Part shown: in pieces, positions 1 through 13,071 of the stretch | Layout: every line of letters begins with the position of its first letter | How positions within the stretch are numbered: position 1 is the stretch's first letter | From: Asterias rubens | Lineage: Eukaryota | DNA: 64,000 nt | Direction: 5' to 3' | NCBI RefSeq assembly: GCF_902459465.1 | Contig: NC_047083.1 | Location: 434,001-498,000 of the forward strand | Program-made: the position numbers and the translations under genes | Notes under the pieces: generated by a model | What the model was told of the DNA's origin: nothing | The model's input: the letters and a program-made list of their open reading frames with translations, nothing else | Databases searched by the model: none

Positions 1-91
1 CAAGGAGAAAATGCCTTGGTGCCCTTTCAAAAACGAAGCATACAGGCCTATACACTTGATTGTAATGACTTTTTGTCTCGATGCTTTAAAG

Positions 92-3000
92 GATGCGAAT
101 AAACGCGGACGGAAGAGAAAGTCAGAAGCTGAAGCTGAAGCTGAGGAAGTACCTGAAGCCAAGACGTCTAAAGATGAGACTGAGGAGACTGTAGAGGCCA
201 AGGAAGATGCTAAGGAAGAACAGGAAGCAGTAGAAGCTAAGGGGGATGGTGCCAAAGAGGGTAAGTCAAAGGTCAACAGGTCAGGTCAAATCAAGTCATC
301 TGGCCTTTTTTTTTGGAGGGAGGTAATAATTTAAAGAGTTGTAGTTATAAACATTTTTTCTGTTTTTTTTTTTATTATTATTCTTTGTTTGTTTTCTTAA
401 GATGAAGCCAAGAAGGAGGAAGATACTCCCAAGGAAGCGGAGAACGGAAAAGACGAAGCAGCTGAAGAACCAACTGAGAAGATGGAGACCAACCAAGGTT
501 TGTTCAGAAGAATTTGTTTTGTTTTGTTTTGTTTTTTAGAAAATAATGTTTTCTCTCAAGAGCATGCTACCAGAAACACACAATTATTTTTATTGGGCCT
601 TACTAAAGGTACCAAAACATCTACGTTGTGATTCTGTAAAACTATCCGATTCAAGAAACTTTAATTCAGGGAAAGATTTCGTCCTAAATATTTTGTGAGC
701 ACACTGAATGCCAATTATTGGGAATCAAACGGTGAGTTTTGAGTAGCAACTGATACATGTTGTGTAGCTTTTTGTTTTGCTATACAAGGAAAAACGTGTT
801 GAGGAAACAATTTGAAATGCCAGAGATGCTTTAAATTAAGTGTAAAACTAAACCTTGAAGCTTTCGTTGGAATTAGTTGTTTTTATCAAAATCAAATGTT
901 GCTCTGAATTATTATTTATAGCCTTTTGAAACACATTGCGCCCTTCTCTATGTTAATTTTTTTTTTTTTTCCACTTGTTGTTTTCCTGTCCACATTTTCA
1001 AAACAACCAACTCTAACTTCCCAAACACCATCCCCACTCACAACAAAAAACAAAATATCCAAACACAATTTTGAAACGCTTGGTACAGCTCTGAGCGAGT
1101 CTTCTTCTTCTCAAGAACCTAAACCAAAAGCCGCTCCAGTGGTTCCGGTTATTGAACAGTCCTCAACCGGCCAACAAATTCAGGACCCTGTCGCTAAGAT
1201 CGCTCCGCAACCATCACCTCAAAAGATCGTTCAAGCAACTCCTCCTCACCCTGTCAAGTCGGCAGCCTCACCTGTTGAGGTCTTTAAACCAACTCCAACG
1301 GTTGCTCAACAATCACCTAAGAAAACAATTCATCAAGAGATTAAGACCGCACCCCCTGGAATGAAACCGGCTTCTCAGCCACTGCCCCAGCCGACGCCCC
1401 AGCAGAAGCCCCAACCGGCACCCCAGGCGACGCCCCGTCAGAAGCCCCAACCGGCACCCCAGGCGACACCCCAGCAGAAGCCCCAGCCGACACCCCAGGC
1501 GACGCCCCAGCAGAAGCCCCAGCCGACACCCCAACCGAAGCCCCAGCCAACGCCCCAGTCGACGCCCCAATTGCCTAGGATAGAAACTCAAGGCCAAGCT
1601 TCTAAAGCTGTACCTGACGCTGTTATTCCAGCCACCCAGGTGGCACCAGCAGCAGCCTCTCAGCCTGAAAAGCAAGCTGCTGAGAAAATTGTAATCGCCC
1701 CGAGCGTACAAGGTACGGCTCCTGTTGAACTAGACAAATGCTCTACGGAGCCACAATCGGTTACTCCTGAGATGAGAGAATGCGATCAAGCTGACCAGAG
1801 CAATGTTCAACAGCAACAAGTCGGTGAGGAAATCTGATTCTAACGGAGCATGCAGTCATTTGGCTTTTTGTGTTGCTCTTGCTTAGAATGTTTCATTGGC
1901 ATTTGGGGGATCGCAAATAGTGCTTTGACATACTTATACTGTTTGCTTGCAAGTGAAAATACAGCCTTTGTGACTTCAATAGTTCAATTGAGAATGTTTT
2001 TAGACCATCGGTATTCAGTTGGTGGGGGTCGAACAAAAAAACTTTCAAGACAAGAATTTGAAAACATGTTTATTGAAACGTTCCTTTCATATGAAAGAAA
2101 GAGCAAAAATATTCCGAAAACATTTTTTTCAGAATGTTTGAACCTCTTGCAGCTTGGGGCTGCTTGATGGTTTTCAGATTCACATAGCTGTAATTTCATC
2201 CATGTTTTCTTTGATGCTTTTGCAATGCAGTAGAATTTTGCATCTTGCTGTTTGTTAGTTTTTAAAGTCATTTCCAGTTTGTGTTTTTTTTTTGCTTAGA
2301 TGTTATTTAGATTGGTTTTGCTTGCTGATTCACTGTGCTTTGTTAAACTGTGCTTTGTTGAACTACTGCATCTGCTTTTGGCTTTAAGCCATTGCAATGC
2401 TAACTGGCTTTAAAACTACGGGTGTGGCTTAGCCAATGACTTACTGCATTTCTCTAGTTCACAGACCTTGCAGATCTCACCACAAATACTGGTGATACAT
2501 ATTTAGGAAATAAAATTTGCATTCATTGTAGAGGAGCCTGATGTTCAAATTTTCAAGGAAATAAGAATTCAGTTCATATGGAACAATAACAATCACACAA
2601 AGTTAACTTGTGGCTCAAAACTGCCAAAGGCCAGTGGCTTCATTGTCAGGCCAGTAGATTTATGACCAGATAAGTCCAGTAGTTTTGTGTTTTTCAACTG
2701 TTAAATAACAACTGTTACATAACTGTGGAATATCTTGAACAGAAACAAAATTTAAAAATGTCGACCTTTGAGTCTTAAAATTACCTTGAGTAATACTTAT
2801 TAATATCTCAAATTTACCTTGAGTAATACTTATTAATACCTCAAAATTACCTTGAGTAATACTTATTAATACCTCAAAAGACCGATGAGACAAAACTTCT
2901 CAACATTGTCCTAGAGGGTGTGAATGCATGTTGTCAGGACTCAGTCATTTATCTTTCATTTTGAGTCGGTCAGTGAACGATTTCCCTTGTTGAGCTGAGC

Positions 3001-6000
3001 AAAATGCTTTGCAAATTATATCAGTTTCTGCTCACAATTTGGTACTCTATAATATTAGCATTCAGTTTGCACAAAATCTATTTAGTTAAAATGTTTTGGA
3101 GGAAATCGTTCACGAAGTTTGGTCTCGTGCCAACAATTCTGGTCAAGTCACCATTTCAAGCTTACAAACCTTGTGGATTTCTCTCCAAGTTTCAAGCTTA
3201 CAAACCTTGTGGATTTCTCTCCAAGTTTCAAGCTTACAAACCTTGTGGATTTCTCTCCAAGTTTCAAGCTCTGACTGTACAGTTAGTTATTATATTAGAA
3301 TTAGAATTAGAATGTTTCATTGTCCGCATCGTAAATAAACAGAAATTTAGTTTCCATTGGCACATAGAAAAAACAAAACCTTGGTTAACAAAATTAATGT
3401 GCACAGTTGCACGGCAATGCACAACCTTTGCATTCGTCAACTCACTTTGGCAAATGTTATAGAAGTGCAGTGGTTTGAGTTAACTGCATTGCAGTTGAAT
3501 GGTTTTAGAAGGCTTCGTCAACTCACTTTGGCAAATGTTCTAGAAGTACAGTGGTTTGAGTCAACTGCATTGGATTGTCGTTTTGTATGTTAAGTGGAAT
3601 CCAGATACATAAGACACGACTGTGTCTCATAAAAACAAGATCACTGGGACTGGCCAAACTGCCTCTTTATAAAACAGGAATGTTTTTTAAGAGGACAGCA
3701 AAAACAAAGAAACACAAAGCAGAAATGAGATTCAGGACCTTAAAATGCACTTTTAATATGCAAAAATAAATGTTTGGGAGGTAGTGCTTTCTGCTCTACC
3801 AGCCAGGCTTCTGATGGATGATAACCAAGCCTACATCCATATGGACCGTAAAGGGGTAGCCCTGTTTCAGCCCCAGGATTAAATGACAACGGCCCCTAGA
3901 AAAAATAGTTGAAATGTACCCCACACCTTAAAGTGGCCTTCAGGCCTTGTGTGTCTGGCGACTTGTATTAAAAAAGAAAAACTATTTTTAGCAGTGCTCT
4001 ATGAAACAAGAGCTGAGTGTATTCTGAAGTGCTGGTTTGTCAGCTTATCAATCTAAGGAGTTGCAAATAATCGGGCACTTGTGTGTGTTTGTCTGTTTGT
4101 CTGTTTGTGTGTTTGTTAGTTTGTTCTTAACTTAAGTAGTCACGCTTATTTCACATTGTCAAAACAGATACCTCACTGTCCCTTCATCGTAAGGGTCAAC
4201 CACCACCACTGCAATACCTCACAAAGCCTGAAATCACAATAACTCCCGCATCGGACGCTGAGCCTAGTCCTACTCCGGGCACCCCCGGAGGGGAAGAGTC
4301 AGACTTTGAGGAGGAGGAGGGTGAGATCCGTGGAGCAGCATCAAGTGTTATGCATGACAGTAGTTGTTTTGGGCTGTTGCTGCAAAATTTCATGTCACTT
4401 GCTCCACATAGTGACCTTTGCACATTGTGGCCATGTTATGTTTTTAAGTGCAATTGTTGAATCAACAAAATATTTTGTAGTCATTACTGGACTTTTTGAT
4501 TGGTGAACCAAAATTGAATTAAAAAAAATTAATGTTAATTGTTGTAAACAAATAAAATGCAGAAAAAGAAACACCACAATAATGGTAGACAAAAAGCAGT
4601 CTGGTTCCCTTTTCACACTATAATCAACCATGTGAAATTAATGCAAGGGTACCAGGAGTGGATTTCACTAGTCTTATCTCGAGATAGGACAAGTCCTAAC
4701 TAAGGACAAGTCCTAACTTAGGACTAGCCTTGAGGTTTGGATATCTTCATGGTACTAGTCCTAACTCTATGTGAAATCGACCCCAGAAGGAGGCAAGATT
4801 CAAAGTAGTCTGGTCTCCTGTTTGGCATTTAGAATTAAACACACTTGAGACTTGGGTGACCAGACCAACATGGCTACAGTGTAGTAATGGTTGACGTGTT
4901 ATGCAAAGTTGTTGTGGATGCACAGTTTTTTTTCTAATATTAAAGTTGTCACTGCTTGACCTGAATCAGCCTGCTCACCTCCCCCTCCTAAAGCAAGACT
5001 CAAGTTTCTTTCCTGTAGCTAAACCGGGCCCAATTTCATGGCTCTGCTTACCGTAAGCAAAGAATCCGCGACCATAAGCAAAGAATCGGCGCTTATGTAA
5101 GTAGGGAATTCCGCGTCAACGTCTCAAGCATATTTCACAGGTTAGCAGGGAATGTTTTTCTTGTTTGTGTGCGTACTCCACGTTACTAGGCTTCTTTGCT
5201 TACTTATACAGCTAGCGCAGAAAGTTGCCGCTTGCACAGTAAACAAAGAATTGTGATCAAAAGCGCAGAATTCGGTGACAAGCAGAGCCATGGAAATGGA
5301 CTATGGATAGAGTTTTGAAGCAACTATTCTAGGTTCATCCCAGCTAAAGATCATTTTACGTTGTCACTGTAAACCGTAATTTACTGATATGTTCAGAGAT
5401 TTTGCATCTTGTGGTGACCACAATCTGAGTCAAATTGTCCATTTAAAGAAACAACTTTGACTCAAAGTGGGTTTGTTGACTGAAACAAAAGTATGATTCT
5501 GTGTAAAGGAGTTTGAACTAATCGTTTGTACAGATTGGACAAGAACCGCTGGACGATTAAACAACCAAATAAATGGTCAGCACTCTTTCCATGCTAATGT
5601 CTCATACGACACCATCAGGTCAGGATGCTTGACTCTGAGACCTTGTATCTAGTCTGTATAGTGTCTGCAAACTCAGACTATTTTTTCATCTAATCATATT
5701 TCAGGCAAAAAATGTGATTTATTTTGTGGCGAATACTAATTTGAGTAAATTTTTCGCATGACTTACTTTCTGCATTTCAGGATTTCTCTTGATGTTGTGT
5801 CATTTTAATTTTCTTTTTGTTCGCTCAATTTCTATCGCTTTTTAAATGTTTGCAGCATTATTTGAACCTTGTTTTTGCTTTGAAGCAAACCTAAGATATT
5901 TAAAAGCTTCCCGACGCTTAGTTTGTATATTTCTCCTAGCACTGTCCTCATAGTTTGTGTAGCTTGTTAGCTGTGTTGGTTTCGTGGAAATATGCAAAAT

Positions 6001-7137
6001 TTCCCATCGGTTTTGAAAGAAGGAAAACAACAGATTTTTTTATTGTTTATAAATTTGTGATATTTTGAATTATTTTTTTGCAGTGGCTGAAAAAACAGCG
6101 GAGGATTTAACCAAAGAACAAGTGAGTATTTAAAAAATAAAATAAAACAAATATCTTCTCTTTTAAAGGATTTGGGTACTTTTTGGGACACAATGTCAGA
6201 TTTACATTAAACAGATTTGCATTAAACTTACACTGTTTGAAAATAATGATATTGGAAGGCTTCCCTTAAAATATTATTTGCTGTGGTGCTGTATTTTTTG
6301 AGAAATTAGTAAACAATGTCATGAAAATACGTTGTACGCTAAAATAAAGTTTTGTCTCTTGAACAAACATTATTTTCTTGACATTGTTTTACTCATTTCT
6401 CAAAAACTAAAGCACCTCAGCAACTAATGTTTACGCTTTCTACTATCATTATCTTCAAACAGTGTAAGTTTAGTGTAAATCTCTGGACATTGTGTCTTGT
6501 GTTACAAAAAGTACCCACATTCTTTAAAGGTGTTACACAGGATTGGCAGAGCTGACCAAATAGTCACAGTGTTCTATGGTTTGTGTGATCAACCTTCTAC
6601 ATGTAACAACAACCCGGTGAAAACTTGGGCTCTATCCATCGTGTAAATCACAAGAAAGCAGTGAAAACCAGCACAATTTGCAGCATGTAAACACATTGTT
6701 CTTATTGTTGGTTGTAACAATGGTTTTCTTAAAAAAAAATCAGACACAGTTTTCTTGAATATAAATCCATTTCAGAGAGATATTTTTCAGAAAAATTTGT
6801 TCTTATCAGAAATCTTTTCCTGCTCTACCAGCCAGGCTTCTGATGGATATGATACCAAAGCCTACGTATAAACATATGGACTGTAAAGGGGGTAACCCTG
6901 TTGCAGCCCCAGGAGTAAATGGCAACGCCTCCTGGCAAAAATTTCAGGCCTTGTGTGTCTGGCAACTTTCATAAAAAATTTGCAAATTATTATAATAATT
7001 TCAATCGTTGTTGTTGTTTCAAGGAGGTGCCCAATAACAATGTCCCGACTGAAAAGATTGACACTTTGAAGAAAGACGGAGTTCAACACGACGGGATGAA
7101 CAACGGAGAAAGTGTCGCTGCGGCGGTCGCTGTATAG
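92..7137 (+). CDS. 3' part of an unassigned acidic/disordered protein gene; exons 92-260, 402-497, 1089-1823, 4168-4320, (5534-5575 tentative), 6084-6121, 7024-7137
   Basis: GT-AG exons with compatible phases (0/1, 1/1, 1/1, 1/1, 1/0, 0/stop) splice into one frame: DANKRGRKRKSEAEAEAEE...DEAKKEEDTPKEAENGKDE...VAEKTAEDLTKEQ-EVPNNNVPTEK...AAVAV*. NLS-like KRGRKRK. No family motif recognised. The 5' exons lie outside the window. Confidence 0.75.
1381..1570 (+). repeat. Coding 36-bp tandem repeat (PQQKPQPAPQAT-like) inside exon 1089-1823
   Basis: About 5 near-identical units seen directly in the sequence and its translation. Confidence 0.9.
2778..2878. repeat. 33-bp tandem repeat x3
   Basis: AAATTACCTTGAGTAATACTTATTAATAYCTC(A) repeated three times. 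Confidence 0.9.
3154..3270. repeat. 36-bp tandem repeat x3.25
   Basis: TTTCAAGCTTACAAACCTTGTGGATTTCTCTCCAAG exact copies. Confidence 0.95.
3790..3975. repeat. Dispersed repeat, second copy at about 6820-6980
   Basis: Both sites share CTGCTCTACCAGCCAGGCTTCTGATGGAT...GTAAAGGGG...TTCAGGCCTTGTGTGTCTGGC. Confidence 0.8.
4652..4786. mobile_element. Degenerate MITE of the GTCCTAACTTAGGAC family (intact copy at 48654-48853)
   Basis: Termini GTGGATTTCAC...GTGAAATCGACCCC and internal GTCCTAAC/AGGAC subrepeats. Confidence 0.7.
5026..5300. mobile_element. MITE with GGGCCCAATTTCATGGCTCTGCTT termini; relatives at 36252-36475 and 15452-15682
   Basis: Terminal inverted repeat seen directly. Internal GTGCGTACTCCACGTTACTAGGC is shared with the 36.3 kb copy. 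Confidence 0.7.
6163..6527. mobile_element. TTAA-flanked foldback MITE (Kolobok-like)
   Basis: TTAA|AGGATTTGGGTACTTTTT ... AAAAAGTACCCACATTCT|TTAA with long internal inverted arms (TTACACTGTTTGAA / TTCAAACAGTGTAA). TTAA TSD plus RR..YY termini is the established Kolobok signature. Confidence 0.75.
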
Positions 7138-9966
7138 ATCAGTCAGTCACATGTAAAGTATCAATACCCAAGATGGTACGTAACCCTCCAAGATTCATGT
7201 TGTGCAAATGAAGGGAATTATACAAAAAAAGTGATTTTGGGAGTTTTTAAAATGAGAAAATGAATTAATTAAAGATAGGCTTGAAGCCATTTGGACACCG
7301 TGTCATCTAGAGAAAATGTTTTTTTAAAAACTAGATGTTTTTTAATTGTTATGTTTTTTAAAAGGTTGTACCTTCTTTAGGATATTAATAAGTGCAGGGT
7401 AATTTGAAGATATATTCTCAAAAGATTGTTAACAATTCATTTACTGATTCTTAGCACTGATGTTTGTTCTTTCTTACTTGAGGAATACATGGATCAACAT
7501 AATATCTTAAGAAAAGCAACCCTTAAAATGTGATAAAGGTCTATAGAGTTTTACTGGATTACATGTTTGTATCAGTTTTAGACTTGGTGCTTTAGGTTTG
7601 TGTGGGATAGTTTTATGTTTTGTGTGGGATCCTGAAGATGTAGTTGATTGTTTGAATTGGAATGGTGTAGATTTGGTGACTAAGGTCTTTGAACGCTTGC
7701 TCTCCAAAGATTTCAGAATGTTTGTTTTAATTCATGAGTAAGTACAACTTCAACGTAACAACAAATGGGTCATTCTTTAACTTGTTATTTCTCAGTGACC
7801 GTTGTTTCTCCTGGTTGACTTCCAAACTAAACTAAATCATTCTTAAAATTGGAGTCATTGAACTTTAATCAAGTAGCTGCCATATTGCTCTTCAATATCA
7901 ACCACATCATAGTTAGGCTCTAGCCATTAATGAGACTGGTGCCTTCAGACTGTTTCATTGAAACTAGTGAATGTAGTCAAGGAACCAAACAAAATGGCAG
8001 CTGCTTGATGATGATATTAATCCATGTAACCTAGGTGTTATCTTAGAGTATCTTATTTGTACATAAAGAGAGGGATTATGGCATAAGTCTACTGTAAACA
8101 TTTTTATAGAAACTGTAGGCATGTGGAAGGAATAATATTCCTAAAAAAGTAGTCAATTGAAAAAAAAAAATTAATGTAAGCATGCAACTGTAGCTAGCAT
8201 TCATCTTTTGCTATGATTCTGTGTTGTGGCCATTTGTTGTCTAGTTCCCAAATGGCCTTGTGTAAGATCAGTTAAAAGTAGGTCTTGATAACAAAGGTGC
8301 CAGCCTATTCTGTACATAGCCTCATTATGGCTCTCATAGAATTTGTATGTAGGAGAGTCAAGTGGCAGTTTTGTGCTGTAGGATGTTAAAGTCTGGTACC
8401 CAGACTTGAAAAGCATGCAAGATTGTGATTAGCATTCAGTTTGAACTAGTTGTAGTAATTTATGTGATGTGGCTGACTGTGTTTTGGTTTCTGCGTACAT
8501 TTCAGTAAAACTGTTTGTGGTGTAAAACAAGACGCCCAATTATCTTTATTTTTACGCTAACACAAACCTCGACATTTTAAATCTGACTCGAGAAAGTGGT
8601 TATGTCCTCCTACTTGGGCAGTTTGCATCATAACACAATAAAAATGTGTCTTCAAATCAAATCCAAAGGTTCTCAAATGCGGACAAAACAATCACTAAAA
8701 GACAACTCTATTCCAACTCCAAATTTCCACAGTAACTATATTTCTACAAATTAAAATGAGACTATTTTTTAACTCAAAGTGTAATTTTTCCAAAAAACTA
8801 AGGCATCACATTTTGATAAACCTTGGCTTTTTACCTGAGGGAAAAATCATACTTGTTTGTTTTTTCCTTTCATACACATTGTGCCCTTTTCACTTCATAT
8901 CTGAAATGTTGTCTTTGGTCACATTAAACGTTTTTTCCTTTTAAAAACTTCAGTAGTTTTCTTTACAAAACTTAGAATCAAGTTGGAATTGAAACTTAAC
9001 ATGGTGGGAGTATAATTTGGTGATGTTTGCAGTAGCGCCATGTGGCAATCTCCTTTCTGTCCCTTCCTGTATTTTTATTTTTATTTTTTGTTTGGGGGGA
9101 AGTGTCGGTTCTGAAATGAACTGTTAGTTGGCAGCTCTAAATGTATACAAAAGCCAAGCTTGATCGAAAAGTTTCTTAAGAATTTGTTTGTAATTTAACA
9201 AATAATTGAACTCAGATGAGTTTAACTAAGCACCTAATTTCATGTTTCGACAAAACGGTTGATCAAATTTCGTAATTTTCTTAGAAAATGTTTCCTTTGC
9301 CTTGCAAACTTTTATGATTCCTAGTGATTTGTAAGTCTTTTTAAATGAAATTTATACGAATTCTTAATCTTCTTTAAGCTTGTCTAAAATCATCAGATGC
9401 CAAAAAGAAGAAGTGTAACAAAACCAGTCATGATTTGAAACAACCTTCTTGTTGTTTTATTTAAACAGAAAAAAGCAGCAATCTTTGTTATATTGGAAAA
9501 CATGAATTTGCAACTCCTCAAATATCTATTTTTACCTTATTGCTTTTCTTTAAAGAAAATGTTTTTAAATTTTGTATTTTGTTATCATCATTTTTGGAGC
9601 AAAGATGATATAAGATGATAATTTGAGACTTGCAAGAAGATAGTCTGGTAGCTTTGTGAGAGTGCGTGCAATTATCATAGTTGCATACAGGTAGTTGGAC
9701 AAAGATGTAAAGCTTCAGATTGCTTGATTAAATCTGTTTATCCTCTGGTAATATATCTTTAAATTTCTGTGCATTTGCGTGTGATAATTAGTTCTTTAAA
9801 AGTAGCAATGGCAAATTATTTGACTCTAAATTCTGCAATGTTTTTTTTTAAATGAAAGTATGTCTGTTGTTTCCAGTAACTTTGCTCAGTTTGTACCCAT
9901 AACGAGAATTGTAATTATTCAGCACAACATTTTGTTACCTGTTCATGTTTGTTGTGTTGTCATTTA

Positions 9967-10002
9967 GCCTTCGAGAAAGACTCTGCTAGGATCGAAACGT
10001 CA
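9967..10002 (+). ncRNA. Penelope-type minimal hammerhead-like motif
   Basis: GCCT-TCGAGAA-A-GACTCTGCTAGGATC-GAAAC-GTCA. A copy differing at 1 of 36 nt lies on the minus strand at 27685-27720. Confidence 0.5.
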
Positions 10003-11692
10003 GACAATTAACTATATTTTGCACAACATTTTGTGTTACAAATCCATGTCATGGTCTCCAGTAAGTCGTAACTGTGTTTTAAAAACTGAGTTTCAAGTTG
10101 ATTGAGTTTTTGTTGTCATTGCAAGTGTTGAATGATGTAAAGAATTTAAATGAAATGTTAATCAGATAGTATGTGTCATGTGCCCTAACTCTACAAACTT
10201 CCGGATCAAAATGGGGTCAAGATGACCTGAAATCTAAATTTGTAATCACTTTGTGGGTCAGCTTGACGCAGAAAGGGTCAAGACTCTGGACTCTGGCTTA
10301 ATTCTGACCAGGGAGTTTGTGGAGTATATCATAAAGGCAAATTTAACGAGTATTTCAAATGAATTGGTTAGCATTTTGACTTGGTACCTTGCTTTATGTC
10401 ATAGTCGTGGCGTTTCATCATAAGGCTGTCATTTTGTTTTTGTTTTTCAACGCAATCAGAAAAAACCTGTCTGTTCCCTTGATTGAAAGACCAGGAAAGC
10501 TACATAGTTGTAAAGGGAACCAGACAATGGCGGCCATATGATGAAGAACCACAACATTGTTTAGTCTGTATCGCAAAAATGTGGTAAAGTGGCAGAGAGT
10601 TCAAATCAAGCATAGTTGCTTTTTAAAGTCATTGTTAGACGAGAGTTTTTTAACAAATGTATCTAGGCATGTTTTGAAAGTTTTGGTTATGCATATATTA
10701 TGTTAAAACAGTAATATTTTACTCTATGCTGATGGTTGCAGCCCAAAACTTTCTATATAATTGTGAATGTCTAAGTATTGTTCCCCAACGACGCAATGAA
10801 CTAAAGTAATACAGTCCGTTACTGGCACCCAGTCATATTGCCAGGGCGCTATTTTGATTGTCAATTTGATTACGTCATCATGATTATGATTTGAGGAACT
10901 GTCATAATTTTAAAATTTAAATTATTGCACATCGTATTAAACAAATTAAGTAGAACTTATTCTATATCTCAAAGAGAAACAACTCGTTGCAAGTAGAACT
11001 CAATCTGCTTTTAATACCGAAAATTGTTTTCAAAACTCAGCAATCTTTGCCAAATATTTACCTTACCAGTCCGACTGTTCTTTGCACAATTTCAAAGAGC
11101 AGCCAAGCTTTAAAATAACCGCAGAGTGAAACTTTGCTGGGAAAAGTCGTATACAAAAAAACATAAAATTGTTTGAAATTTGTACCTGATTACGCCAAGC
11201 TTTGAATGTTTTGAATGCTCGGAGGAACTGTGGAATATTATTGTTGTTTATTATTGTTAGAATTTAATACTTTATTCATGGGATCTGATATTTCAATTAA
11301 TAGTAGAATTGTCTCTTGAGTTGTCTGCTTTATTTTAGATTAAATAAAAACAGCCATGTTGAATTCGCAAAGGAAACAGTGATGTAATAATTTGTCATTT
11401 GTCGAATAGTTTTCTCTTTTTGTTCACTTTAAAAAAATGACCTTTCTTGCAATTAATGGTTTGGCCGTTTACGTATATGTTGAATGAATCCTATGATACA
11501 TAATGTAAAATTTCAGCGAATAATGGTATTGAGTTCCCTCGGCACAAGGGGATGGCTGGCAACAGCCAATCTTTCTCATACAAACACCGGGCTGGCAACA
11601 GCCAATCTTTCTCATACAAACATTCGTTAAACGTCAATGATTATGAGTTACACAAATCAACAAGTTGTCAATCAGTAACATACAAGTATATT

Positions 11693-11870
11693 CATGTTGG
11701 TTTTTACCCAAACACACCGATGTGTGTTAGCACTGTATACTCGGCACTTTCCCGATTTCTGTGAAAAAAAATCACAGTCATTCCTCTGACGGGATTCGAA
11801 CCCACGACCTTTGCAATGATAGCGCAGTGTCAAAACCAAGATTGCCCGTTAGCTAGAGGCAGTTCGAATC
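11693..11870 (-). mobile_element. tRNA-derived SINE fragment; related pieces at 28773-28870 (+) and about 48280-48315
   Basis: B box GGTTCGAATCC on the minus strand at 11792-11802. Shared body GAGTATACAGTGCTAACACACATCGGTGT. Confidence 0.7.
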
Positions 11871-13071
11871 TGTGATTTAGCAGCAGATTCTGCAAACGAT
11901 TTTCAAAACCAAAACGAATATTCTTTATCCTCTGTGCAAATTTAACATAATAATTTTTATTAAAAAACACGTACATTCAAGTACTTATTCTAAAACTATT
12001 CATATGAAATCAGTATCTTAAAGGAGTCGAACCTACCACTTTGACATAGAAGTTACAGGGATGAGATTTGTCAGACTTTTGGCTGAATTCATACTTTTTA
12101 TGTCGGCCTGGTGAAGAAAATAAGACAATATTTGTTTCTACAAATAAATAAATCTTGCTCATTGGTCTACTTCTCTAGTGCTTTGGATACTGTCTCCAAA
12201 AGCTCCTTGGAATCTATAACTCCAAAAAGTAGAAATGCCATAAATTCAACGTTCTTTAAAATTTATGTCAAAGTTTAAGACTTTTTAAATATCACCCCTG
12301 AAGTTAGAATTATCTGCATTTTTACGTTCTAATAAAATATGCCAAGCCACATCACCATATCCCATGTGAAGCGGTAACACAATGTAGTATAAATAAATAC
12401 CATTCATGACATTGGTTACCTTGCTTTATCTATTGGAAAACAACACGCCTCTGAACAGAACAGGGTACCAGTGTACATAGATGTGTATTCCTATTGTAGT
12501 GTTACGTAACATTTTGTGTTTGTTAGCACCGGAGTATTCTCGAGTCATAAAGCAACGATTGAACCACTTGGAATCCTCCGTTACAATACCGTTACGAATG
12601 ATATGGTTCACCATAGACATCTTAATATGGGTATGGGTGACGACAAATTATCACCCACTGACCTTATCTTTCTCGGTTTGAATTTCTACAATTAAAATTG
12701 TTTGCTGTATTGTCCATCCACTCTTGGATACAATTGCGATAACATTGGACAATAACAGGAATTTTACGAGTGTTGTGCAGCGAGATGCATTGGACCATGC
12801 AGGACGACAACACCTGCCTACGGTATACGGAGGACTTCACAGGTTGATAAAATCAAACAATTTGATGTCTTGCTCTATGGTTTAGACACTGTTTACACCG
12901 TCTTAGGGACTGAAGTAGTGCACACCGGTTTCTTTAAACATCTTTGGTGATTTTGAGCTCACAAGGAAAGACCACAACAAAAAGCTAATGAAACACTGAT
13001 TCTGTAAAGTTTCATCAACTGCTTCAACCAAGGAAGACCAACCCTTAAAAACGAACCAGCAGAGCAACAAC

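Noticed and set aside
926-1088. Hydrophobic N-terminus of the 303-aa ORF as a signal peptide
   Set aside because: It starts at a TTG in T-rich intron sequence. The real exon starts at the phase-1 acceptor at 1089.
1850-2167. 105-aa ORF after the Pro/Gln exon
   Set aside because: Intronic or alternative UTR sequence with no motif and no compatible splice sites found.
2533-2665. Possible alternative terminal exon (EEPDVQIFK...)
   Set aside because: Acceptor and phase fit, but nothing else supports it.
11792-11802. B-box motifs (also at 21527) as tRNA genes
   Set aside because: No cloverleaf can be built and the flanks are repeat bodies, so these are SINE heads.
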